Made by a program: the position numbers and the translations under genes. Under the pieces are notes generated by a model. That model saw nothing but the letters and a program-made list of their open reading frames with translations. It searched no databases and was not told the DNA's origin. DNA of 26,136 nucleotides from Candidatus Methylomirabilales bacterium (GTDB lineage Bacteria; Methylomirabilota; Methylomirabilia; Methylomirabilales; CSP1-5): assembly GCA_046758505.1 (NCBI GenBank), contig JBHIAH010000032.1, positions 1-26,136 on the forward strand, in the 5' to 3' direction. Each line of letters begins with the position of its first letter. The stretch's first letter is position 1. Shown one piece after another: positions 9,032-17,900 of this stretch.

Positions 9032-9763
9032 GTGGCCGTCCTCAACCCCGACACACCGATCCCGCTCTACTACCAGCTCAAGGCGACGCTTAAGGAAGAG
9101 ATCCTCTCCGGGGCCTACCGGCCGGGAACGCCCTTCCCGCCCGAGACAGCCCTCGGCGCGCAGTATGGGGTGAGCCGAGGGACGGTCCGCCAGGCCCTGG
9201 CGGAGCTCAAGCGGGAAGGATTTTTGCGTCGGACGCGGGGCAAAGGGACGTTCGTCACCGCCGCATCCAAGTTCGAGCAGAGCCTCCTCAAGTTTTACAG
9301 CTTTGGCCGGGAGATGCTCCATCGCGGCCTCAGTCCGTACTCGAAGATTTTGGAGCGGGCGGTCGAGAGGCCTCCCCCCTGGGTCGCGGAGCGGCTTCAT
9401 GTGCGTCCCAAGGCGCGGGTCCTACGCCTGAGCCGCCTCCGCCTGGTCCAGGGGGAGCCGTACATTTTGGAAACCCTGTGGTTGGTGAAAGAGCTGTGTC
9501 CAGGACTGGTGCGTGAGGATCTCGAGAACATCCCCCTGTACGATCTGCTGGAGCAGCGATACGGACTCTTCGTGGTTCGGGCCGAGGAATACCTCGAGCC
9601 GGACGTGGTGGATCGCGCTGAGGCCCGCCTGCTCAGGATCCCGACCGGGGCGCCTGTTTTTCTCATCACGCGGATCAGCTATACGTTCCGCGGTCGGCCG
9701 GTGGAGCTTCGGAAGAGCCTGGTGCGGGGCGACAAGTACAAGTTTTACGTGGAGCTCCACTGA
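9032..9763 (+). CDS. GntR family transcriptional regulator, HutC subfamily (UTRA domain)
   Basis: PLYYQL, PPETAL, GVSRGTVRQAL, RGKGTFV HTH; C-terminal UTRA-like domain ending RGDKYKF; GGAGG RBS. Confidence 0.93.
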   Translation: MAVLNPDTPIPLYYQLKATLKEEILSGAYRPGTPFPPETALGAQYGVSRGTVRQALAELKREGFLRRTRGKGTFVTAASKFEQSLLKFYSFGREMLHRGLSPYSKILERAVERPPPWVAERLHVRPKARVLRLSRLRLVQGEPYILETLWLVKELCPGLVREDLENIPLYDLLEQRYGLFVVRAEEYLEPDVVDRAEARLLRIPTGAPVFLITRISYTFRGRPVELRKSLVRGDKYKFYVELH

Positions 9764-9765
9764 CC

Positions 9766-9894
9766 GTCGAGTGTCAAGAGTCAAGAGTCGAGTGTCAAGA
9801 GTCAAGCTCCTGAAGCGCTCAACACTAGACACTCAACACTCGACAATTTCACCCTCAACTCTCAACTCTGGGCTCTCAGCACTCAGCACTCAAC
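9766..9894. repeat. Degenerate heptamer tandem array, inverted arms (GTYRAGW / WCTYRAC)
   Basis: GTCGAGT GTCAAGA GTCAAGA GTCGAGT GTCAAGA ... ACTAGAC ACTCAAC ACTCGAC ... TCTCAAC ... ACTCAGC ACTCAAC. Confidence 0.9.
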
Positions 9895-9919
9895 ATTCGC
9901 CACCACCTGCTGATATCGG

Positions 9920-10747
9920 ATGATCTTCACGCTGGAACTCGTCATCGTTGCAGCAATTACCGGTCTCGTCTCCGGGTTAATCGGCGTCGGCGGGGGATTT
10001 CTCTTCGTCCCGCTCCTCACCCTCATCGGTGTGCCGATGCGCTCTGCCGCCGGCCTGAGCCTTCTCTACGTCGCCTGTATTTCGGTCTCGGGGGCCGTGG
10101 CCCATTACCGGCAGGGGACTGCGGACCCGGTCGTGGCGGGGGCGGCCGTGCCCGGGGCGCTGGTCACGGTTTCGGTGGGGTCGTACTGCAGCAGCCTGCT
10201 CCCGAATAACCTGCTCGAGCTGTTGTTCGGGGTCCTCGTCCTCGGAGCCGCCGTGGCCCTCCGCTGGCAGTCCAAACAGCAGTGGCCCTTTCCTGGGGCT
10301 TCTGTCCTGCGGAGCGGGTTGGCGCACCCGTTCGGGGTTGTTTTGCGGCGGGGAAAGGTGCACGGGGCCGAATACGTCTATCCCGTCAGTCTGTTGTACG
10401 GGATTGGGGTGGGGGGGGTCACAGGATTCTTCTCGGGCCTCCTGGGTATCGGCGGTGGGTGGCTCCTGACGACCCTTTTCATTTTGGTCGTGGGTTTGCC
10501 GGTTCCGATTGCGGTGGGAACCTCACTCCTGTCCATTGTGTTCCCCTCGGCGGTGGGGGCCGTGACGCATTACGGCCTGGGGCACATCGACATCGCCGCG
10601 GCGATCCCGACGGTCTTGGCCGGGATCCTGGGGGCTCTCCTCGGGGTGAAAGGCACGGCCATCCTCTCGGCCTCCCGGCTCCAGACCATCATGGTGTGGC
10701 TGCTCGCCGTGGTTGCGGTCTATATGATCGGGCGGGGGATCCTCTGA
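9920..10747 (+). CDS. Sulfite exporter TauE/SafE family membrane protein
   Basis: Two internal repeats with SGLIGVGGG..VP and SGLLGIGGG, AVGTSL; about 8 TM helices. Confidence 0.9.
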   Translation: MIFTLELVIVAAITGLVSGLIGVGGGFLFVPLLTLIGVPMRSAAGLSLLYVACISVSGAVAHYRQGTADPVVAGAAVPGALVTVSVGSYCSSLLPNNLLELLFGVLVLGAAVALRWQSKQQWPFPGASVLRSGLAHPFGVVLRRGKVHGAEYVYPVSLLYGIGVGGVTGFFSGLLGIGGGWLLTTLFILVVGLPVPIAVGTSLLSIVFPSAVGAVTHYGLGHIDIAAAIPTVLAGILGALLGVKGTAILSASRLQTIMVWLLAVVAVYMIGRGIL

Positions 10748-10756
10748 CAGTCAGCG

Positions 10757-11081
10757 GAGAGTGGAAAGTCGAGTGTGAATAGTCGATAGTCCAGGGTCGA
10801 TAGTCAATAGTTGAGAGTGGGGAGTTGAGAGTCAAGAGTCAAGCTCCCGAAGCCCTCAACTCTAGACACTCAACACTCGACAATTTCACTCTAGGCCCTC
10901 AACCCTCAACTCTCAACACTCAGTGAACCATGAACCATCAACCGTGAAACGCGAGAGTTGAGGGCAATTTCGAATTGCGGATTGCGAATTTCGAATTTGT
11001 CAGGTTCAGGGCCTCGTAGTTAAATTCGAAATCCGAAATTCCAAATTCGAAATCGGAGCGTGAATTCCAAGTTCGAAATTC
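10757..11081. repeat. Composite heptamer array (GATAGTC/GAGAGTY, WCTCAAC, TGAACCA, AATTTCG/CGAAATT families)
   Basis: Successive blocks of 7-bp period between convergent genes, two of the families with inverted arms. Confidence 0.9.
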
Positions 11082-11087
11082 CCCTGG

Positions 11088-11579
11088 CTAGACGGCGAGG
11101 CGGTAGTCGTGGATCAGCTCGGCGAGCCGGTTCGCATTCACGAGCACGAGAGGAGGCCCGTCCGTCACCTTGGAGGTCTCCTCGGCGAAGAAGCCGGTGG
11201 TGATGAAGATCCCTTTCGCGGCCTGTTCACCCTTGACCTGGTCTCGGAGAGCGTTCACGCGGGCGGAACCGACAAAGCCATCCTCGGGATGGGTGCAGTG
11301 GACGAGAAAATCCCCGCCCGTAATCGGCTGCGGGTTGACGGCGGCGATTTCCAGCTCCCGCGGTCCGCTGCGGACGGAGGAACTGACCACCAATCCCATC
11401 TCCTCGACCAGTGTGAGGCACAGCCGCTCAAAATCTTCCATGGTGAGATGGGTATAGCCGGAGGTCCCTTCCGGGCGGCGCCCCTCTCGTTCGACCGCCG
11501 GCTTGCTGGGCTTGGCAAAGACCAACAAGGCTATCAGGAAAAAGCCGAACAGGAAGGAGAGTACAACGAGAAGAAACAC
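11088..11579 (-). CDS. Membrane-anchored Mrr_cat (restriction endonuclease-like) domain protein, catalytic residues altered
   Basis: N-terminal TM; FERL..L..MG, VG..V, AAKGIFITTGFF, LVLVNANRLAELI match the Mrr catalytic fold; canonical D and QxK positions read E and HCT. Confidence 0.75.
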   Translation of the reverse strand: MFLLVVLSFLFGFFLIALLVFAKPSKPAVEREGRRPEGTSGYTHLTMEDFERLCLTLVEEMGLVVSSSVRSGPRELEIAAVNPQPITGGDFLVHCTHPEDGFVGSARVNALRDQVKGEQAAKGIFITTGFFAEETSKVTDGPPLVLVNANRLAELIHDYRLAV

Positions 11580-11586
11580 GACGAAC

Positions 11587-11754
11587 CTACCTGATCATGT
11601 CCTCGTAGATCTCGTCCTCGCGTCCTTCTTCGATAAGCCGGTCACTCTTGAAGGCTTGCTTGAGTGCAACATAGAGGCAGATCGCCACCGCGATCAACAG
11701 CATCGTGATGGGAATGTTATCGGGCTTGGTCAGGATAAGAATGAACTGCTCCAT
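11587..11754 (-). CDS. Small membrane protein (55 aa) with KPDNIPI motif
   Basis: GAGGAG RBS, own sigma70 promoter, one TM helix, acidic tail. Confidence 0.75.
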   Translation of the reverse strand: MEQFILILTKPDNIPITMLLIAVAICLYVALKQAFKSDRLIEEGREDEIYEDMIR

Positions 11755-11782
11755 GGCTCCTCCCCTGTGGAATGGTGTAGGG

Positions 11783-11811
11783 ATTGTAGCCGGATCCGAC
11801 CGGTATTGCAA
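11783..11811 (-). promoter_or_regulatory. sigma70 promoter (leftward)
   Basis: TTGCAA (11811-11806), 17 bp, TACAAT (11788-11783). Confidence 0.65.
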
Positions 11812-11851
11812 GACCCATTTCTCCCCCCTCCACGCGCTCGGTTTCGGTGGT

Positions 11852-11880
11852 TTGACACCCTTGTGACCTTCCGCTATAGT
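11852..11880 (+). promoter_or_regulatory. sigma70 promoter (rightward), near consensus
   Basis: TTGACA 11852-11857, 17 bp, TATAGT 11875-11880. Confidence 0.75.
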
Positions 11881-11910
11881 GAGAAGGTTTTTCAGGGCAT
11901 GAGGGGGCTG

Positions 11911-12078
11911 ATGTACTATCTGGGTCGGGGACTCCAGGTGCTGGGGATGGCCAATCTGGCGGTGGGCCTGTTCGTGGGGATCACGGAGGAGCACGGCATG
12001 GGGCCCGAGTTGATCCTCCTCGGGGTCGGCGCCCTCCTGTTTCTGCTGGGCCGGTTTCTTCAAGGGAGCGGGGGATGA
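11911..12078 (+). CDS. Small two-helix membrane protein (55 aa)
   Basis: MYYLGRGLQVLG...LLGRFLQGSGG; downstream of strong promoter; ATGA coupling to TPR gene; alternative ATG 11899. Confidence 0.7.
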   Translation: MYYLGRGLQVLGMANLAVGLFVGITEEHGMGPELILLGVGALLFLLGRFLQGSGG

Positions 12079-13127
12079 GACACATTCTGCTCCCATGGAT
12101 CATCGGAATCGTGATCGGCGGCTCCTCCCTCGCTCACGCCTCGGTCGGGCGCGAGGAGCAGGCGACCCTGAGTTACCACCGGGCCGAGGCCCTCCGTCGG
12201 GCGGAACGGTACCAGGAGGCCATCGAGGCGTACCGGCAAACCCTCCGGGCCTTCCCAGAGCATCCGGTCGCCTTCGACCGCCTGCGGGAAGCCTACAACA
12301 GAACGCACACGGCGGCAGAGACCAAGGAGCTCTTGAAGGCGGCGGTCGCCCGGGAGGAGGGGGATTTCATCGCCTGGAACCTGTTGGGTGTCCTGTACGG
12401 GCGGGAGCGACGCTGGGATACGGCCCTGGAGGCCTTTGCCCGCAGTGTAAAGCGAGAGCCGAGGGCCGCCGACGCCCTGGTCAACCGCGGCTGGGTGCTG
12501 GTCGAGTTGCGCCGCTACGGGGACGCCGTCAGTGCCTTTGAGGCTGCGTTGACGCTGCAGCCCCGGCTGGCCCGGGCGCATGCCGGGCTGGGGAGCGCCG
12601 TGGTCGAGGCACGGGGAGATTACCGGGAGGGGATGAAGCAGTATCTCACGGCAGTCAAGTTGGATCCGGAGAGCCCCGCCCTTCTCAACGATCTCGGCTG
12701 GCTCTCCTATAAGATGAACCGGTACCCGGAAGCGGTGGCGGCGCTCGAAAAGGCCGCAACCCTGGACCCGCAAAACCCGATGATCCAGACCAACCTCGGA
12801 CTGGCGTACCAGAAAGCGGGCCGGGCTGCGGAGGCGGTGGCTCACCTGCAGAGGGCGCTCACCATCAATCCGGAATATGCGCTGGCGCTCTACGGGTTAG
12901 GGAAGGCCCATGAATCTCGAGGAGAATATCCCCAGGCCCTTCAGGCCTACCGTCGCGCCTGGAGGCAGAGCGGCAACGATCTCTACCTGCTGCTCTGGCT
13001 TCAGGCCTACATGTCCAGCCACGGGCAGGTGATGATCCTCTTCCTCTTCGCCTTTCTGGCCGTGGGAGCGGTGATCGCCGTTCGGACCCTCCGCGGACGC
13101 AGGACTCCCGCCGCCACAAAGGGATAG
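12075..13127 (+). CDS. Exported tetratricopeptide repeat protein with C-terminal membrane anchor
   Basis: Signal peptide ending AHA, multiple TPR units (AWNLLG, ALVNRG, AHAGLG, LLNDLG, IQTNLG, ALYGLG), C-terminal TM and basic tail. Confidence 0.88.
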   Translation: MRHILLPWIIGIVIGGSSLAHASVGREEQATLSYHRAEALRRAERYQEAIEAYRQTLRAFPEHPVAFDRLREAYNRTHTAAETKELLKAAVAREEGDFIAWNLLGVLYGRERRWDTALEAFARSVKREPRAADALVNRGWVLVELRRYGDAVSAFEAALTLQPRLARAHAGLGSAVVEARGDYREGMKQYLTAVKLDPESPALLNDLGWLSYKMNRYPEAVAALEKAATLDPQNPMIQTNLGLAYQKAGRAAEAVAHLQRALTINPEYALALYGLGKAHESRGEYPQALQAYRRAWRQSGNDLYLLLWLQAYMSSHGQVMILFLFAFLAVGAVIAVRTLRGRRTPAATKG

Positions 13128-14582
13128 CTACCGTTTCTTCGCCGCCAGGACCTGCAGCATCCGCTCGGCGTCAAGGATACGCTGCGACTCGATTTTCAAT
13201 CGGGATATCCAGGACCAGCGGGCCGGCCTGAGCGAGGCGGCACCGAATACCTTCGGACGGAGGGCCTCCAGATGGCGGCCCTCAACCCACGATCGCACCA
13301 GCTTGAGGAGGGCCAGGACGCCGAAGAGGGCGAAGAGTCCCCCCAAGAGATTGAACCCCAGGAAAGGCATGAACCCCTCGGGGGTGAAAGGCGCCCTGAG
13401 CAAGTCCTGGATGCCTGGCACGCCTGTCGTGGAGAAACTATACCTGAGGGCGTACAGCAACCCGAGGGCCGTGCAGGCCCCGGCGATCAAGAAGGAGAAG
13501 ACCGCGCCGGGAATCTGCGCGCGGGTCCGGCCCCGCTGGCGCTCGATCTCCATTTGGAGTCGGATTCCCCCCACGCGATCGACGATGGCGTTCGCCATCT
13601 CCATCTTCTGGCGTAACCCCACATCCTTCTTCTCCAGATCCTGAAAGGTATAGTCCCGCTTCCCGGCGGCCTTGGCGATCTCGTCGAACAGCGCGGTGGC
13701 GGTCTCCTCGGCCTGGGCGAGCTCCTCGGGATCCGCCGCTCGAGCCCCACTCTCAAAATCGACGAGGGCGTAGAGAACCTGTTTCGCCCGATCGAAGGAG
13801 GGGTCAGGAGCGACCGCCAGTGGTGCTGCCGCTTGGCGCTGGGCCGGGGCCGCCGCCGCATCCCCGGCTTTGGGAGCAGCTTTGGCCTCTGCCGGCTTGG
13901 CGGCAGGAGCAGCCTGGGGCTGCGCTGTTGGGGCGGACGGTGCCCCAGAAACCGTCCGCCCGTCAGTTTTTCCCTGGAGCATCCTGATCGCAGCTGCCGC
14001 GGCTTCGGCCGCGCGGGCCGCTGCCTCGGCCGCCGCCGCCGCCGCCTCGGCCACCTGCGAGATCGCGTCGGGGGCGGCTGTCACGGTCCTGGGCGCCGCC
14101 GCGGGCGCGGCCGCCTTGGGGGCTGCTTCTGCCTTCGGCGGGGCCGGGGCCGCCGCGGGGGGAGCCGGTGCGGCCGCCGCCTTCGGCGGGGCCGCCGCCT
14201 CGGCCTTGGGGGATGGGGGAGCCGGGCCGCCAAATCCGGATGGCGGCGGTGGCAGGACGATCGTCTTGCCGTCCACCGTAAAGGTGTGGGCAAAGTTGTC
14301 CTGGTCGCCCTTGGTCGCCTTGGTCAAGGCATGAGGAGCTTCGGCGTGCTCCTCGATGAACTTGTAGTTCTTGTCGGTATACGACTTCCACTGTTCGGGG
14401 ACACTATCTTCGGGGAAGATCGCGGTGACCGGACAGACCGGCTCACAGGCTGCACAGTCGATACACTCCTCGGGGTGGATGTAGAGCTGGTCCGTCCCCT
14501 CGTAAAAGCATTCGACGGGACAGACCTCCACGCAGGCCCGGTCCTTCGTGCCTATGCAGGGTTCGCAGACGATATAGGTCAT
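13128..14582 (-). CDS. 7Fe ([3Fe-4S]+[4Fe-4S]) ferredoxin fused to Ala/Pro linkers, helical domain and two TM helices (484 aa)
   Basis: [25 protein letters not shown] ... [23 protein letters not shown] before ATG 14582; no stop until 13128. Confidence 0.85.
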   Translation of the reverse strand: MTYIVCEPCIGTKDRACVEVCPVECFYEGTDQLYIHPEECIDCAACEPVCPVTAIFPEDSVPEQWKSYTDKNYKFIEEHAEAPHALTKATKGDQDNFAHTFTVDGKTIVLPPPPSGFGGPAPPSPKAEAAAPPKAAAAPAPPAAAPAPPKAEAAPKAAAPAAAPRTVTAAPDAISQVAEAAAAAAEAAARAAEAAAAAIRMLQGKTDGRTVSGAPSAPTAQPQAAPAAKPAEAKAAPKAGDAAAAPAQRQAAAPLAVAPDPSFDRAKQVLYALVDFESGARAADPEELAQAEETATALFDEIAKAAGKRDYTFQDLEKKDVGLRQKMEMANAIVDRVGGIRLQMEIERQRGRTRAQIPGAVFSFLIAGACTALGLLYALRYSFSTTGVPGIQDLLRAPFTPEGFMPFLGFNLLGGLFALFGVLALLKLVRSWVEGRHLEALRPKVFGAASLRPARWSWISRLKIESQRILDAERMLQVLAAKKR

Positions 14583-14644
14583 ACTCCTCCCTCCCTTGTT
14601 CTTCTCTTGGGGTGACGGAAGCAGGTAGGAACCTTTCTTTCTGT

Positions 14645-14673
14645 ATTTTATTGACTCCCTTTGGCCGAGGCAA
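14645..14673 (-). promoter_or_regulatory. sigma70 promoter for ferredoxin fusion
   Basis: TTGCCT (14673-14668), 17 bp, TAAAAT (14650-14645). Confidence 0.6.
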
Positions 14674-14801
14674 GAGAAATTGTGTCCGCGCTGCTCCGCA
14701 GCGTTGGTGCGCCGTGTGGCGCTCTTTGGGCCGGTGGCCTTGGCCCAAATCACCTCTCGTCGGGCGGATTGAAAAAACTCACCCGCCTCTTCATTTTTTG
14801 C

Positions 14802-14856
14802 TTGACAACCACAATATGTTGTAGGATATTGCAATCGGACATACCAAATGTTGTGG
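14802..14856 (+). promoter_or_regulatory. nrdJ promoter with tandem NrdR boxes
   Basis: TTGACA 14802-14807; CCACAATATGTTGTAG 14809-14824 and ATACCAAATGTTGTGG 14841-14856 match acaCwAtATaTwGtg and start 32 bp apart. Confidence 0.85.
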
Positions 14857-14872
14857 ATAAATGTGTGGATAA
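14852..14872. promoter_or_regulatory. Two perfect DnaA boxes
   Basis: TGTGGATAA (reverse complement TTATCCACA) at 14852-14860 and 14864-14872; a degenerate third at 14875-14883. Confidence 0.75.
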
Positions 14873-14943
14873 GTTGTGGAGCTTTTGGCGGGAAACCCAT
14901 AACTGCCGAGAGGATTTCACCTTAACGTGAGAGGAGGCTGGGG

Positions 14944-17900
14944 ATGAAGGCGGACTCTCGACAGGCGGCGAGTGAGAAAGCGAGGGGAGTGACATTCCTG
15001 CACCGTTTTCCAGACCCGCCTGCCAAGCAGGGGAATTGGTCCGAGTCCGCACTTCGGGTCTTACGGGAGCGGTATCTGGCGCGGATGGGGGGCGAGGTCT
15101 TGGAGACCCCCGAGGGTATGTGTTGGCGGGTCGCGGCTGAAATCGCTGCTGCGGAAGAGACGTGGGGAAAATCGGCCAAAGAGATTTACGAGGTTGCGGC
15201 GCGGTTTTACGAACTCATGGTGGACGGCTTCTTTCTCCCGAACTCCCCCACCCTCATGAACGCTGGCAGGCAGAACGGCCTCCAGTACTCGGCCTGCTAT
15301 GTCCTCCCGGTCGGGGACAGCATGGAGGAGATCTTTGGGGCGGTGAAGGCCGCCGCCATCATCCACAAGTCGGGGGGCGGGACCGGATTTGCGTTTTCGC
15401 GGCTGCGGCCCAAGGATGCCACCGTTCGCACAACGGGGGGCAAGGCCTCCGGTCCGGTCAGTTTCCTTCGGGTCTTTAACGGGGCCACCGAGGCGGTGAA
15501 GCAGGGGGGGACGCGGCGGGGTGCCAATATGGGGATCCTGCGCGTCGATCATCCCGACATTCTCGAGTTCATCGAATCGAAGCTTGGCGGAGGGATTACC
15601 AACTTTAACATCTCGGTGGCTGCGACCGAGCGATTCATGCAGGCCCTTCGGCAGGACGGGGAGTACGAGCTGATCACCCCGCATACGGGGGAGGTGGTGG
15701 GAAGGCTCAGGGCAAAGGAGGTGTTCGACCGCATCGTCAAGGCGGCCTGGCGGACCGGGGATCCGGGGCTCTTCTTCGTCGACCGGTGTAACGCCGGCCG
15801 GGCGAATCCCACTCCCACCCTCGCGCAGGTCGAAGCGACCAACCCCTGCGTTGCGGGCGACACGCTCATCTACACCGTACGAGGTCTCGTCCGCGCCGAT
15901 GAGCTTGCTCGGTCCGGCGAGGCGGTGGACGTCGTCCTGGACTCGCGCTTCGACGCCGGTGAATGGGGCCCCGCCGGCACGGTATTTCAGACAGGGGTCA
16001 AGGCGGTCTACCGCCTGGTCACGGAAGAGGGCTACGAAGTCCGCTTGACCGCCGACCATCGGCTGATGACGCCCGAGGGCTGGCTCCGAGCGGACGCGCT
16101 TCGGAGCGGGGATTTTGTGCACATCGTAAACCGGAAGGGGGGCTTCGGATCAGAAGGCTCGCTGGAGGAGGGGTGCCTGCTCGGGTGGCTGATCGGGGAC
16201 GGTCACATCCGGCCCGACAAGGGAGTCATCCTTCGCTTTTACGGGCAAGAGAAGCGCGAGCTCGCCCCCCTCTTCGCTGCCCACATGAATCATGTGGTCC
16301 GCAGTAGCGAGGAGGACCGATACCCGATTACGGCCGTTCAGGTCGCGGGCCGGGACCAGGCGACAGTGAGTTCCGTCCGGTTCGCACGGCGAGTCCTGCA
16401 ACGGTTTCGCCTCTCGCAGGATACGAAACTCAGTCAAGTTCCCCTTGAGGTCCTCGCGGCGTCCGAGGATTTCCAGCGTGGGTTCCTCCAGGCTCTCTTC
16501 ACGGCCGACGGGCATATAAGCGGAACGCTCAAGAAGGGTGTATCGATCCGACTGACGTCGATCTCGCTGCCGCTTCTGAAGGGCGTTCAGCGGATGCTGC
16601 TTAATTTCGGTATTATCTCGCGACTCTACGCGAACCGGCATCCCGTACGTACCGTGCCGCTGCCGAACGGGAAGGGTGGGGTGGCCGAGTACGAGTGTCA
16701 GGCCGATCACGACCTGGTGATCAGCCGGACGGGACTCACGACCTTCGCCAAGGAGATCGGCTTCCTGGCGGCAGCGAAGCAGGACCGGCTCGTCCGGGCG
16801 CTCGGCGCATATACCCGCGGCCCGTATCGAGAGACGTTCGTCGCGAGGGTCAAATCGCTCGAACCGGATGGCGTCGAACCGGTCTTCGATCTCACTGAGC
16901 CACTGACGCAGAGCTTCGTTGCCAACGGGTTCGTCGCGCACAACTGTGGTGAACAGCCCCTGTATCCCAACGAGGCCTGCAACCTGGGTTCGGTCAATCT
17001 CGCCAAATTCTTCAAGGTGGCGGCCGGCAATGGGAAGGGGCACATCGATTGGGATGACCTCGAGCGGGTGGTCCGGTTGAGTGTCCGGTTCCTCGATGAC
17101 GTCATCGAGGCCAACCCGTATCCCCTGTCCGAGATCGATGCCTCGGTGAAGGCCAACCGGCGCGTCGGGCTTGGGGTGATGGGCTGGGCGGACCTCCTGT
17201 TCGAGCTGGGAGTCCCGTACGACAGCGAGGAGGCCTTGACCCTGGCCACGGAGATCATGCGGTTCATTGAAGAGAAGGGGCATGATGAGTCGGCCCGGCT
17301 GGCCGACGAGCGGGGCCCCTTCCCCAACTGGCCCCGGAGTATCTACGGGGACGAACGCCCCCTCCGGAACTCCACGGTGACGACCATCGCCCCCACCGGG
17401 ACCATCTCCATTCTCGCCAACTGCTCTTCGGGAATCGAGCCGGTCTTTGCGCTGGCCTTCAGCCACATCGTGGGGGATCGCCACCTGAACTTCATCAACC
17501 CGATCTTCGAGCGCCTGGCAAAGGCGCGCGGCTTTTTCGGTGAGGACCTGATGAAGGCCGTGGCAGAGCGCGGCACGGTGCGCGGGCTTTCGGGGATCCC
17601 CGAGGAGGTCCAGCGGGTCTTTGTCACCGCGCACGAGGTCGAGACGGATTGGCATGTCCGGATGCAGGCGGCCTTTCAGCAATACACCGACAACGGCGTC
17701 TCCAAGACGATCAACCTGCCGCAGTCGGCCACCGAAGAGGATGTGGCCAAGGCCTATTTGAAGGCCTATGAGCTCGGCTGTATCGGGATTACCGTCTTCC
17801 GGGACGGGTGCAAAGGAGATCAGGTGCTCCACGTCGGTACCCAGAAGAAGGGTGAGGCCCAAGCCGGGCCGACGGTGGAGGTGGGGACGGGGATTGAGCC

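Noticed and set aside
9766..11081. Repeats as a CRISPR array
   Set aside because: Period is 7 bp and degenerate, there are no unique spacers of constant length and no cas genes.
13125..13130. Abutting stop codons (TAG CTA) of convergent TPR and ferredoxin genes
   Set aside because: Common in compact genomes; no evidence of a regulatory role.
14852..14883. Replication origin
   Set aside because: Only two perfect DnaA boxes, embedded in the NrdR-controlled promoter, with no clear unwinding element or dnaA/dnaN nearby.
14583..14943. Cobalamin riboswitch before nrdJ, and the 106-aa N-terminal extension of the ferredoxin ORF
   Set aside because: No full B12-box architecture is recognisable. The region is explained by divergent promoters and operators, and the RBS supports ATG 14582.
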